Positions 36,695 through 46,417 of a stretch of 64,000 nucleotides of DNA are shown here, piece by piece. A program made the position numbers and the translations under genes. How positions within the stretch are numbered: position 1 is the first letter of the stretch; each line of letters starts with the position of its first letter. Below the pieces are notes generated by a model, which was not told the origin of the DNA, ran no database searches, and was given only the letters and a program-made list of their open reading frames with translations. This DNA comes from Cenarchaeum sp. (GTDB taxonomy: Archaea; Thermoproteota; Nitrososphaeria; Nitrososphaerales; Nitrosopumilaceae), in assembly GCA_963692915.1 (NCBI GenBank), contig OY843584.1, positions 1,216,001 to 1,280,000 of the forward strand. Direction: 5' to 3'.

Positions 36695-37840
36695 CTATGT
36701 GCTCTCAACGGTGGTCTCGGCGCCGTCGTCGTGCTGCCTTTTGTAGCGCCTAAAGAGCACAAAGGCCGCAGCTAGCGTGACGCCTAGGCCGGCTAGGAGC
36801 GGGGGGACGAGCGTAAACTCGCTCTCGCCGTTGGCAAGTATGCTCGTAAACTGGGCTAGCGTCGGATAGATCGCGGCGAGGGCGATGATCCGCAAGATGT
36901 CGCCGATCTCGCGGCGCGCGCCAGCAAAGAGGTGGCTGAGCATCATGCCTCCCAGCATGACGCCGATCCCTATCCAGAGTATCGGCAGAGCGCCGGCCAT
37001 GAACTGCCCTGCTGAGACGCGATCCACGATAATGCTGCCAAGCTCGGCACCCTCGACAGGGTCCACAGTCGATATGCCCGCCGGAATCGAGGCGATCATC
37101 AGGACTATGCCGGTGACCATCGTGAAGAGGCGCACGAGTGCTGCGGGTTCGGGTTTTGTCCAGTTGATCCACGCCTTGTCTATGTCAAACGCGCGCGTTA
37201 TTAGCGCGCCGGCGAGTATGATGACGAGAACCGAGACTATCTCCGTGGCGTATCCGAGAACAGTCGCGATGCCCCCTATGAGGAGGAGCACGCCGGGCAC
37301 GCCAAGAAAGAACTTTGAGTAGCGCGCATCATACATTACCATCTTTAGGTACTTGCCAAACACTGCATACGAGTGCTCGATCGTGTGGCTCACCTTCATC
37401 ACGACGCGCTGCACGGACACCACGGGCACGAGGTTCTGTATTACGGGAATGACGGCCTCGTCGTCTTCCCCGTCAGAGACGATTACGGCTCCCGTTGCCG
37501 AGAACTTTTCTAGAACGGCGCGAGTCTCGGCGACTATCTTTTCATCAGCACGCAGACCGCGCCGGCTCTCGCCGGCAATGACTGTGACCTCGGCACTGTA
37601 CCCGCGGCTCACGAGATCCTCGTATGACTTTATCGCTGAAAAGATCGCATTAGAGTCAGCATCCTCGGGATCCTCAAGCGCAAGGCGCTGTGCGGCCTCT
37701 AGGCACGCGTCACGGCCTACGACGGGCGTTTCGATTCCGGCCTTGTCGCCAATGTCATTGTCACGATCAACGCATATGACTAGTATCCTGCTCGACTCCG
37801 AGGCGCCCATCTTGCGCATCTTGTCCATCTCCTGTGTCAT
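36695..37840 (-). CDS. DUF373 family membrane protein
   Basis: LVICVDRDNDIG, DPEDADSNAIF, VSDGEDDE, C-terminal TM helices. Confidence 0.9.
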   Translation of the reverse strand: MTQEMDKMRKMGASESSRILVICVDRDNDIGDKAGIETPVVGRDACLEAAQRLALEDPEDADSNAIFSAIKSYEDLVSRGYSAEVTVIAGESRRGLRADEKIVAETRAVLEKFSATGAVIVSDGEDDEAVIPVIQNLVPVVSVQRVVMKVSHTIEHSYAVFGKYLKMVMYDARYSKFFLGVPGVLLLIGGIATVLGYATEIVSVLVIILAGALITRAFDIDKAWINWTKPEPAALVRLFTMVTGIVLMIASIPAGISTVDPVEGAELGSIIVDRVSAGQFMAGALPILWIGIGVMLGGMMLSHLFAGARREIGDILRIIALAAIYPTLAQFTSILANGESEFTLVPPLLAGLGVTLAAAFVLFRRYKRQHDDGAETTVEST

Positions 37841-37912
37841 GCCAGGCCATTGATCCTATCGCCTTATAATAATTCGCACCCGTTACCGTGTAGGACACGT
37901 GGTTTTTGGGCT

Positions 37913-38404
37913 CTATGGGCGGGCACGAATCGACTCGTCGGCCATTGCCTCCGAGGCTCGCAGCGCGTCCTCGAGGCGCTGCGTGTCAGGGGCCACTTCG
38001 CCAGACTCGACTAGCTTTGCGATTACGATCGACTCGGCAATGTACGAGTCGAGCGCGCGCAGCGACTCGACGGCTGCGCCATAGCTGGTGTGCCACTCTT
38101 CGGGCGGATCGGCACGCAGGAGACCGGCGACTTGCGACTTTGCGATGACGGCAGACTCGCGCGCATGCTCGGCATACTCGTCTGCCCCGATCGTGCCGGC
38201 CATGACATCATCGAGGAGCTCCGAGACTCCGGCGGCGAGGGCCACACGACGATCGTCTATGCCGTCAAGGTTTGCGGTATGGTCGGATATGACGACGGTC
38301 CCGCCGGGAACCCCCTGCGGGACAAGCCATATCGCAAAGGACGCCGCCGTCACAAGTACGAGCATTCCGGCCGTCACGGCGAGTCCCCTTTTTGAGGCCA
38401 TCAT
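37913..38404 (-). CDS. Membrane-anchored hypothetical protein
   Basis: N-terminal TM (SFAIWLVPQ); PPEEW..SY. Confidence 0.7.
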   Translation of the reverse strand: MMASKRGLAVTAGMLVLVTAASFAIWLVPQGVPGGTVVISDHTANLDGIDDRRVALAAGVSELLDDVMAGTIGADEYAEHARESAVIAKSQVAGLLRADPPEEWHTSYGAAVESLRALDSYIAESIVIAKLVESGEVAPDTQRLEDALRASEAMADESIRARP

Positions 38405-38544
38405 GGCCGGTTCTAGAGCAGAAGCTTATAACTGATCGCCGGGATTGGCTTGATTCGAGCCTATGCGCGATCACGCCTCTAGCACGTAGTTAAATAATCT
38501 TAACACATTCTTTCTAAATATCACCATGCGGACGTTTTGCTGCA

Positions 38545-38688
38545 ATGGCACAGGCATACTGCGTAAAGTGCAGAGAGAAGCGGGAGATAAAGAACCCCAA
38601 AGAGACCAAGCTAAAGAACGGAAGGCCAGCAGTCAAGGGCACATGCCCGACTTGCGGAACCAACGTCTTTCGCATAGGCAAGCCCTAG
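38545..38688 (+). CDS. 47-aa basic Zn-ribbon protein (DUF5679-like; not in ORF track)
   Basis: Manual translation MAQAYCVKCREKREIKNPKETKLKNGRPAVKGTCPTCGTNVFRIGKP; AT-rich promoter-like sequence upstream. Confidence 0.85.
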   Translation: MAQAYCVKCREKREIKNPKETKLKNGRPAVKGTCPTCGTNVFRIGKP

Positions 38689-38754
38689 TGAGACGTCCAA
38701 TACGCTCGCGCAAGGCACAATCCAATTATAGGGAGTCCTGCGCGCGCGCCGTCG

Positions 38755-39177
38755 ATGGCAAGGGACGACTATGTTGCGCTGCTCGATCGCATACGCGACG
38801 GCCTCTCCGATGAGGCACGGCAGGAGGCCGCACGCCTCGAGCTGCCCCCCGTGGATGTCATGTGGGAGGGCCAAAAGACGTTCCTGCGCAACTTTGCCGA
38901 TTTCCCCAAGGTCCTGAGGCGCGAGCCCGAAAAGATACTCCAGTACCTCGCAAAGGAATTCGCCGTGCCGGCCGAGAGGATGGGCGAGAAGGCCATGTTT
39001 GTGGGCAAGCGTGACCCTGACGATTTCACGCGCCTCTTCAAGATATACCTGCAAGAGTATGTCGTGTGCCCCACGTGCAGCAGCCCGGACACGCGCGTGA
39101 CAAAGGAGAACAGGATATCGTTTCTCGTCTGCGAGGCATGCGGCGCAAAGTCCACGTTAAAGGGCAAGTACGCATGA
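38755..39177 (+). CDS. eif2b: Translation initiation factor aIF-2 beta
   Basis: TFLRNF...LRREP, YVVCPTCSSPDT, CEACGA. Confidence 0.95.
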   Translation: MARDDYVALLDRIRDGLSDEARQEAARLELPPVDVMWEGQKTFLRNFADFPKVLRREPEKILQYLAKEFAVPAERMGEKAMFVGKRDPDDFTRLFKIYLQEYVVCPTCSSPDTRVTKENRISFLVCEACGAKSTLKGKYA

Positions 39178-39470
39178 GTTCCTTCTCCGTAAAGACCGGC
39201 GGGCACGAGGGAAACGCCATCCTCAACATCTGTGATGATGACCTCCTCGGCAGGAGCATAACTGACGGGGCGCGAACCATAGAGATCGGCGGGTACTATC
39301 GTGACAGGCTCGTCGACCGCGAGGAGGCCGCGAGGCTCCTCGTCGAGTCGCAGATAATCAACATGGTCGGCGAGCGGACCGTCAGGCTCGCCCTCGAGCT
39401 CGAGGTTGGCGCCGAGGACGGGATCAGGAGGATAGACGGCGTGCCGTTTCTGCTCGTCTTCAAAATATGA
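39174..39470 (+). CDS. DUF424 family protein
   Basis: ATG 39174 overlaps the upstream stop; NICDDDLLG, INMVGERTV, IDGVP. Confidence 0.85.
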   Translation: MSSFSVKTGGHEGNAILNICDDDLLGRSITDGARTIEIGGYYRDRLVDREEAARLLVESQIINMVGERTVRLALELEVGAEDGIRRIDGVPFLLVFKI

Positions 39471-39509
39471 GGCACACAGATATATACAAAATCCTATGGG
39501 GCCGATCCC

Positions 39510-39821
39510 ATGGGAAAGCGAAAGGTTCTCAACGAGAGTGCGCTAAAAGAGGTTCGGCTTCCGCAGGAGGGCGAGCTCCTAGGGCGCGTCATAAAGCTCC
39601 TGGGAAGTGACCAGGTTCTCGTAAAGTGCATGGACGGCATAACGAGAAGGGGACGCATACGCGGCAAGCTAAAGCGCCGCATATGGATACGCGACAATGA
39701 CATTGTCATAATTGCGCCGTGGGATTTCAAGGCGGACGAGCGCGGGGACATTGTGTGGAGATTTACGCTGCCGCAGGTTGACGGCCTCAAGAACAGCGGC
39801 CACCTGCCAAGGGACTTTTGA
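39510..39821 (+). CDS. eif1a: Translation initiation factor aIF-1A
   Basis: VRLPQEGELLG, RIRGKLKRRIWIRDND, APWDF. Confidence 0.96.
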   Translation: MGKRKVLNESALKEVRLPQEGELLGRVIKLLGSDQVLVKCMDGITRRGRIRGKLKRRIWIRDNDIVIIAPWDFKADERGDIVWRFTLPQVDGLKNSGHLPRDF

Positions 39822-40600
39822 GTGACGTCGATGACACAACTGATGCGCTAGAGAGGCGCCTTGAGGGCATGCTTACGCCGCGGCAGGCACCGCGCGGCGA
39901 GGGCGGGTTCAAGGGACGAAAGGTCATTGGCGAGGTCTTTGACCGCTCGACGGTTCATGCGATATACGCGATGATCCGCGAGGGCACACTCTTGCGCGTC
40001 AACGGCACGGTCAGCGCCGGAAAGGAGTCAGTCGTGTTCTGGGCGACTGGCGGTGACGGCAGTGACGTTGCGCTAAAGGTCTACCTCGTGGCGACTGCGG
40101 GGTTTCGCCGGCGCGCCGCCTACGTCGATGGAGATCCGCGATTTGGGCGCGTGCGCGGCGGCACGCGCGCGATGGTCTACGCGTGGGCTCAAAAGGAGTT
40201 CAAGAATTTGTGTCGCGCGCGTGCGCGCGGAATTCGCGTTCCCTCTCCCATAGCGGTCAGCAAGAATGTCATGGCCATGGCATTTGTCGGCGAGGGCGGC
40301 GTGCCGGCCCGCACGCTCAACGCGGTTCGCGCGGGTCGTGCCGAGTACGAGGAGACAGTCAGGATCATCGAGTCGATGTGGCGCGATGCGGCCCTCGTCC
40401 ATGGCGACCTCTCCGGATACAACCTCTTTGGCACGAGCGAGGGCGTCATCGTCTTTGACCTCGGCTCGGCAGTCGACACGCGCCATCCGCGCGCGCTCGA
40501 GTTCCTCAAAAGAGATATTAACAATGTCACAAGCCTTTTTGTGAGGCACGGCCTAGAGGTCGAGAACCCCGCAGACGTGCTAGGAAGGATAACGCGATGA
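39818..40600 (+). CDS. rio1: RIO1 family Ser/Thr kinase
   Basis: SAGKESVV, GDPRF, WAQKEFKNL, LVHGDLSGYN, FLKRDI. Confidence 0.93.
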   Translation: MSDVDDTTDALERRLEGMLTPRQAPRGEGGFKGRKVIGEVFDRSTVHAIYAMIREGTLLRVNGTVSAGKESVVFWATGGDGSDVALKVYLVATAGFRRRAAYVDGDPRFGRVRGGTRAMVYAWAQKEFKNLCRARARGIRVPSPIAVSKNVMAMAFVGEGGVPARTLNAVRAGRAEYEETVRIIESMWRDAALVHGDLSGYNLFGTSEGVIVFDLGSAVDTRHPRALEFLKRDINNVTSLFVRHGLEVENPADVLGRITR

Positions 40601-41160
40601 GCTTTGAGAGGAGAGTAAGGATACCAGCAGCGCGGATCGGCTCACTAGTGGGTCGCTCTGGGAGCGCAAAGGCTAGCATCGAGAGCAGGTGCGGCGTGAG
40701 TGTCGAGATCGACGGCGATTCTGGCGAGGTCGTCATCCGTGGCAGCCTGACTGACGAAAAGTCCGATCCGTTTGGCGCATCAGAGATCGTCACGGCCGTC
40801 GGGAGGGGCTTTTCGGCCGAGGCGGCCATGCCCATAGCGAGCGGCCACTCCCTCCACGTCATGGACCTCAGAGACGTTGCGGGCAAGTCGCGCTCGCAGA
40901 TTGAAAGGATTAAAGGCAGAATAATTGGCGAGCGCGGCAGGGCGCGCAGAAATATGGAGGAGCTTAGCGGAACGCGAATATCCGTATACGGCAGGACAGT
41001 CTCGGTCATCGGCCCACCGGAGGGCATCAGGGAGGCAGTCGCTGCGATCGGCGCGCTCTGCTCGGGCAGCATGCACGCCTCAGTCTATCGCCGTCTAGAG
41101 GCCTCGCGCAGGCGCCAGAGGGCCGAGAAGGCGATACTGTGGGAAGATCAGCATGTCTAG
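40597..41160 (+). CDS. KH-domain rRNA-processing protein (Dim2/Pno1-like)
   Basis: RIGSLVG, VGRGFS, RIKGRIIGERG, ISVYGRTV, GSMHASVY. Confidence 0.92.
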   Translation: MSFERRVRIPAARIGSLVGRSGSAKASIESRCGVSVEIDGDSGEVVIRGSLTDEKSDPFGASEIVTAVGRGFSAEAAMPIASGHSLHVMDLRDVAGKSRSQIERIKGRIIGERGRARRNMEELSGTRISVYGRTVSVIGPPEGIREAVAAIGALCSGSMHASVYRRLEASRRRQRAEKAILWEDQHV

Positions 41161-43009
41161 CCCGTCGACCTCGTTCAACCAGATATCGCCAAGCGAGTTC
41201 TTTTACAGGAACCGCGACTTGGCAGGGTTCAGCAATCCGACGCGCTCGCTCTACACGGCAGTCAGGGAGTTCGTCGAGAACTCCCTTGACGCGTGCGACC
41301 GCAGCGGGACGCTGCCAAACGTCCACCTCTCGATAAAGGCAGTCGACCCCGAGGGCACAGACCCACGGCACTATATGCTCACCGTGACTGACAATGGGCC
41401 GGGAATCCCCTCAAAGCACGTGCCCCTCGCGTTTGGAACCGTCCTCTATGGCTCAAAGTTCGTCCTCCAGCAGACTCGCGGGATGTTTGGCCTTGGCGCG
41501 ACGATGGCAATACTCTACGGCCAGATAACTACAAACAGCGCTGTGCACGTAAAGAGCTCGACGGATGGCGAGACGCGCGATGAGTACGAGATGCTTCTTG
41601 ACATACAAAAAAACAAGCCCGTCATACAAAAGCACGTGACAGTTCCGACAAAGTCAAGGGGCCTGAGCGTGAGCATCTGCCTAGAGGGCGATTACACAAA
41701 GGCAGGCGCCAAGATACGCGATTATGTTCACAAGACGGCCATCATCACGCCTTATGCGACGCTGACGTTTGATGACCCAAAGGGCAAGAGGTACACGTAT
41801 CCACGAATAATAAAGTCAATGCCACTACCGCCGACGATCATCATGCCGCACCCCTATGGCGTGGATGTTGAGACGATACGGCGCATGGTCGTCGAGAGCA
41901 TGGTCGGCATCCCCGCGATGGACGAAAAGATGATGGCTCGCCTGCGCCGCGAGCTAAAGGTAAAGACGCTGACACGCGATGCAGTCCTAAAGGCTGCCAA
42001 GCGCAGGTGGAAGGAGATCACGCGCAACACAAAGATTGCAGTTACACTAATGTCGATCCTAGAGATAGAGCCGGCCCGCCTCGACAGAATACGCGTTGAG
42101 GACATCAATATCACGCGCGGCGAGATCACGTACTGGGACTTTGCGACATCAAAGTCAGTGAGTGTAAAGCTGGATCCCGAGGGCGAGTATTACTCGCAGC
42201 TTGCACACATGGTTCAGGGCGAGACGCTAGTCTCGATGCTCACAAAGAGGTTCCAGCGCGTGGGGCGCAAGACGGCCGAAAAATTTGCCACGTTTGCCGG
42301 ATTCAAGCCAGAGGCGCGCCTCGGAAGCATGTCCAACACGGATCTCGTAAAGCTCAGCGACGCGCTCCAAAAGTTCACCGAGTTCAAGCCTCCGGATCCG
42401 CAGTGCCTCGCGCCGCTCGGTGACGATCCCCTCGAGCGCGGCATAAGGCGGTCGCTAAATCCCGATTTTTGCGCCGTCGTCCAGAGGCCTGCCTCGGCGT
42501 ACTCGGGGTTTCCCTTTGTCATCGAGCTTGGGGTCGCGTATGGCGGCGACGTGCCAACTGACGGGCCGAGGGTCTACAGGTACGCAAACCGCATACCGCT
42601 CCTGTACGACGAGGGCAGCGACGTCGTCTTAAAGGTCATCGGGGACATTGACTGGCCACGCTACAAGATAAAGGGGGATCCCCCGCTCGTCATAGTCTCG
42701 CACATATGCTCAACGCGCATACCCTACAAGACTGTAGGAAAGGAGAATGTCGCCGACCGCGCCGAGATAGAGCGCGAGCTGCGACTTGCGCTCCAATACC
42801 TTTTGCGCAAGCTTGCAACATATATGTCAAAGAAGGGACAGGCCGAAAATGCCCGCAAACGGGCAGACCTTTACACAAAGTACATTCCGCTCATCGCGCA
42901 GTTTTGCACCGAGCTGGCCGGGAAAAAGAAAAAGCCCGCATACGAGCAGATGCTAAAGGAGACGCGCGCAGGCATTGATGATCAGGGCGAGTCGACCCCA
43001 AAGTCCTAG
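41153..43009 (+). CDS. top6B: DNA topoisomerase VI subunit B
   Basis: EFVENSLDA, DNGPGI, LYGSKF, RGMFGLG, YANRIPLLYD. Confidence 0.96.
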   Translation: MSSPSTSFNQISPSEFFYRNRDLAGFSNPTRSLYTAVREFVENSLDACDRSGTLPNVHLSIKAVDPEGTDPRHYMLTVTDNGPGIPSKHVPLAFGTVLYGSKFVLQQTRGMFGLGATMAILYGQITTNSAVHVKSSTDGETRDEYEMLLDIQKNKPVIQKHVTVPTKSRGLSVSICLEGDYTKAGAKIRDYVHKTAIITPYATLTFDDPKGKRYTYPRIIKSMPLPPTIIMPHPYGVDVETIRRMVVESMVGIPAMDEKMMARLRRELKVKTLTRDAVLKAAKRRWKEITRNTKIAVTLMSILEIEPARLDRIRVEDINITRGEITYWDFATSKSVSVKLDPEGEYYSQLAHMVQGETLVSMLTKRFQRVGRKTAEKFATFAGFKPEARLGSMSNTDLVKLSDALQKFTEFKPPDPQCLAPLGDDPLERGIRRSLNPDFCAVVQRPASAYSGFPFVIELGVAYGGDVPTDGPRVYRYANRIPLLYDEGSDVVLKVIGDIDWPRYKIKGDPPLVIVSHICSTRIPYKTVGKENVADRAEIERELRLALQYLLRKLATYMSKKGQAENARKRADLYTKYIPLIAQFCTELAGKKKKPAYEQMLKETRAGIDDQGESTPKS

Positions 43010-44085
43010 CCCATGAGATCCCTTATTGCGAGAAGGAGCCTCGAGTTTGCCTCATGCGTGCCTATCGTCGCGCGCATGCATCCCGTGCGCCCGCCGACCT
43101 TGCCGATCATGCGCACCGATATTCCCTGCTCGGCTAGTGCGGTGTGAACCTGCCTGTGCGCCTTTCCCGCATCAAAGAGGACAAAGTTTGCCTGCGAGCC
43201 AAACGCGTCGATCGCATCATGCGAGGAGAGCGCGCGTGTCACGCGATCCCTCTCGGATATGGTCGTCTTTACGGCATTCCTCATCGCCGCCAGGCTCCCG
43301 TCATCAAGTGATGCTATCGCCGCCTCTATTGAGACCGAGGAGATGGGGTACGGGTACTGGAGCGTCGAGCCAAAGGGTTCGGCCATCTCGCGCGGCGCGA
43401 TCGCATAGCCGACGCGCAGGCCCGCGAGGCCAAAGGACTTTGACATTGTCCTCACGACGATCAGGTTCTCCTGCGAGCGGGCCATCGTGGCAAGCGAATA
43501 GCGCGCAAACTCGGCGTATGCCTCATCAACGATAACGAGACCGTCAAATGACTTGATGAGGCGGCGCAGTCGGCGCTCGGGGAACTGGAATCCCGTGGGA
43601 TTGTTTGGCGAGTCGAGATATATCGCATCGGCCTTGCGCGCTGCCTCCTCGACGGCTCCCATGTCCACAGTCATGTCATGCCCAAAGGGGACGCGATCCA
43701 GGCGCATGCCGTGAAGGGCGCAGCGAGCCTCAAAGAAGGAGAACGTCGGCTCTGTCACTAGTATGCGTGAGCGGCGCGCGAGGAGGTGGGAGACGGCAAG
43801 GTCGAGTATCTGATCAGAGCCGTTTCCAACGATAATGTTCCCTGCGGGCACGCCGACATAGTTGGCCAGAGCCGCGGCAAGTCGCGCAGCACCGCCGTCT
43901 GGATACTCTCGCACGTCAGTCGTGCGACGTGCAACGCCAAGTGCGGCCTGCGGGACTGCTTTTGGGATGACGAAGTTCTCGTTTGTGTCAAGCCTTGCAG
44001 TCGTTCTCTGCGGGCGAACTGCCGGCGTGTATGAGCCGGTCTGGTGTATGGCGTCGATGCGCTTGGCGAGTGCGGCGCGGCTCAG
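43006..44085 (-). CDS. hisC: Histidinol-phosphate aminotransferase (probable CTG start at 44085)
   Basis: GNGSDQIL, SPNNPTG, DEAYAEF, RTMSKSFGLAGLRVGY; upstream in-frame RLDTNENF motif. Confidence 0.93.
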   Translation of the reverse strand: MSRAALAKRIDAIHQTGSYTPAVRPQRTTARLDTNENFVIPKAVPQAALGVARRTTDVREYPDGGAARLAAALANYVGVPAGNIIVGNGSDQILDLAVSHLLARRSRILVTEPTFSFFEARCALHGMRLDRVPFGHDMTVDMGAVEEAARKADAIYLDSPNNPTGFQFPERRLRRLIKSFDGLVIVDEAYAEFARYSLATMARSQENLIVVRTMSKSFGLAGLRVGYAIAPREMAEPFGSTLQYPYPISSVSIEAAIASLDDGSLAAMRNAVKTTISERDRVTRALSSHDAIDAFGSQANFVLFDAGKAHRQVHTALAEQGISVRMIGKVGGRTGCMRATIGTHEANSRLLLAIRDLMG

Positions 44086-45365
44086 CGTAAGCGCCCCCTG
44101 ACTGCCGCAGAGTGGGCCGGGAGACCCTCTGCTGCGGCTAGCACGTCAATGTGCGGCATTACGTCGCGCAACGCAGCACGCGAGGCTCGTGCAGACACGC
44201 GCAGCTTTACAAAGTCGATCACCGAGAGCGGGCCGCGCGCACGACCACCGCGGCCGGTGGGGAGTATGTGGTTTGAGCCGAGCGCATAGTCGCTTGCCGC
44301 CGAGGGCGTGTCACCTAGGAGAACCATTCCAGCCGAGCGCACGTCAGCAGCATCACGCGCAGCCGAGCGCGTCATGACCTGCACATGCTCGGGTGCCATG
44401 ATATCGGCTAGGCGCAGGGCATCGGCGCGCGACTTGCAGACTGCGATAAACGCGTTCTTTGAGAGGCTTGTCCTGATGATCGCCGATCGGGCTGATGAGG
44501 CGATGGTGTCACCAAGGAGTGCGGCGACCTTGTGCGCGAGACGCTCAGAGTCAGTTGCCAAAAAGCAGCGCGCATCACCACTGTGCTCGGCCTGCGAGAC
44601 GAGGTCAAGCGCGATGTGGCGCGGGGAGGCCGACGAGTCGGCGACTATGCCAAGCTCTGTAGGACCGGCCGTCATGTCTATTGCAGTTGTGCCCGAGACG
44701 AGCGACTTTGCCGCAGCGACGTACGGGCCGCCGGGACCAACAATCTTGTCGACTGGCCGGATAGTGCGCGTTCCGTGAGCCATCGCAGCTATCGCATGCG
44801 CGCCGCCCATGCGATAGATCTCTGTGGCTCCGCAGATGTCGGCGGCCACGAGCGTGAGCGCGTCGATCTCGCCGTCACGGGCCGGCGGCGAGGCGACTGC
44901 TATACGGGGCACGCCGGCTATGCGCGCAGGGACTATGGACATGATGGCCGAGCTAGGATATCGAGCCGCTCCGCCTGGCACATAGCATCCGACGCTCCGG
45001 AGGGGAACGAACTCGCGCCGTACGTGCACGCCGGCCGTGCGCGTCGTGCCTGCACGGAGGAGCCTCCTTGTTGCCGCCTCGGCGGCTCCCAGGCGCGAGG
45101 CCACGGCACGGATCGCCGCAATCTCGTGGCGCGACACGCGCGCGTGTGCGGCGCGAATCTGCGAGCGCGTGACCCTGAGTGCCGCCGGCCGTGCGGCGCC
45201 AAACTTGCGCTCATAGCGCATGATGGCCGTATCGCCCCCGCGAACCACGCCGGCGATTATGGCAAAGACGTCGTGTTCAAGACGCGCGCTGCGCGAAACC
45301 GGCCATGCGTGTGCCGCAAAGCGCTCAACATCACGAACGACGCGCACGGCCACGGGTGGGCGCAC
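44082..45365 (-). CDS. hisD: Histidinol dehydrogenase
   Basis: VGCYVPGG, GGAHAIAA, KIVGPG, SQAEH, APEH, GSNHILPT. Confidence 0.96.
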   Translation of the reverse strand: MRPPVAVRVVRDVERFAAHAWPVSRSARLEHDVFAIIAGVVRGGDTAIMRYERKFGAARPAALRVTRSQIRAAHARVSRHEIAAIRAVASRLGAAEAATRRLLRAGTTRTAGVHVRREFVPLRSVGCYVPGGAARYPSSAIMSIVPARIAGVPRIAVASPPARDGEIDALTLVAADICGATEIYRMGGAHAIAAMAHGTRTIRPVDKIVGPGGPYVAAAKSLVSGTTAIDMTAGPTELGIVADSSASPRHIALDLVSQAEHSGDARCFLATDSERLAHKVAALLGDTIASSARSAIIRTSLSKNAFIAVCKSRADALRLADIMAPEHVQVMTRSAARDAADVRSAGMVLLGDTPSAASDYALGSNHILPTGRGGRARGPLSVIDFVKLRVSARASRAALRDVMPHIDVLAAAEGLPAHSAAVRGRLR

Positions 45366-45368
45366 GCG

Positions 45369-46403
45369 CTATCGCCTCTTTTTTGCACGCCGGCCGGCCT
45401 GTGGACGCCGACGGGCATGCTCGTGGCCGGTCTCGGCGCGGCTAATCTCCTCGAGCTCCAATATCTGGCGCGGCTCGTGGACGACGAGACCCTGCGCAAG
45501 GCGGCGAACCTTTGGGATTAGCGCGTGGTACTCGGACTTTTTGACGACGGTATTGACGCCGTACCAGCCGTCCTCGCCGAGCGGGCTGATAGTCGGGCGC
45601 TTTAGTGATGGAATTGCCGCAAGGAGCCTAGCCAGGTTGCGCTTTTCGACGTTTAGGTACACGTGAAGGTACTTTTTGCCGTGAACCGCACCGCGCAGCA
45701 TGGTCACAATGTCAAATATCTTTTCGCGTTTTTTTGCATCACGCATAGAGTCACGGTTTGCGATGAGGTGCGCCGTGGACACCAGGACATCATCGCCTAT
45801 CTTTAGCTTGTTCTGCGTCAGCGTCGTGCCCGTCTCGGTGACATCAAGTATCGCATCAACGTCCTCAGGTGGTTTTGCCTCAGTTGCGCCAAACGAGAGG
45901 TGGATCTGGACGGCCTTGTTGGTGCCCGTTCGCAACCACGGTGTGACTATTAGCGGCTCGCGTGAGCCAAAGCGCCTCTTGTATGACGCGCATGACTTTA
46001 CAAACCGTGCCGTGGTCGTGAGGTACTCGGTAGATATGCGCAATGTGCGACCTTTTTTGGCATAGTCGGCGATCATCGAGTCAAGGCCGGCGTATCGCGA
46101 ATTTGGGAATGCGGTGACTAGGCGGACGCGCCCGTACTCTAGGTCAAGGAGCTCCTCCACGTCGGCGCGCGCCTCGCCGACCCAGTCATTGCCCGTGATT
46201 CCGACATCATAGAGACCCTCTGCGACTAGTGTCGGGATCTCTTGAGGGCGCAACATCTTTACTGTTATCTGCGGGTCATCAAGGTATACCCTGTACGTGC
46301 GATCCTTGCGCCTCACGCAAGTCCACGAGCGCTCGAGAAGGCGAAACGTCGAGTCCTCAAGGCTCCCCTTTGGTATGGCAAGTCTTACGGCCATCGGTGC
46401 CAC
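45369..46403 (-). CDS. hisG: ATP phosphoribosyltransferase (long form)
   Basis: LAIPKGSL, LRPQEIP, DVGITG, GATEAKP, DVTETGTTL..N.L, PTISPL. Confidence 0.96.
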   Translation of the reverse strand: MAPMAVRLAIPKGSLEDSTFRLLERSWTCVRRKDRTYRVYLDDPQITVKMLRPQEIPTLVAEGLYDVGITGNDWVGEARADVEELLDLEYGRVRLVTAFPNSRYAGLDSMIADYAKKGRTLRISTEYLTTTARFVKSCASYKRRFGSREPLIVTPWLRTGTNKAVQIHLSFGATEAKPPEDVDAILDVTETGTTLTQNKLKIGDDVLVSTAHLIANRDSMRDAKKREKIFDIVTMLRGAVHGKKYLHVYLNVEKRNLARLLAAIPSLKRPTISPLGEDGWYGVNTVVKKSEYHALIPKVRRLAQGLVVHEPRQILELEEISRAETGHEHARRRPQAGRRAKKRR

Positions 46404-46417
46404 GGCGATGCGGGCAG

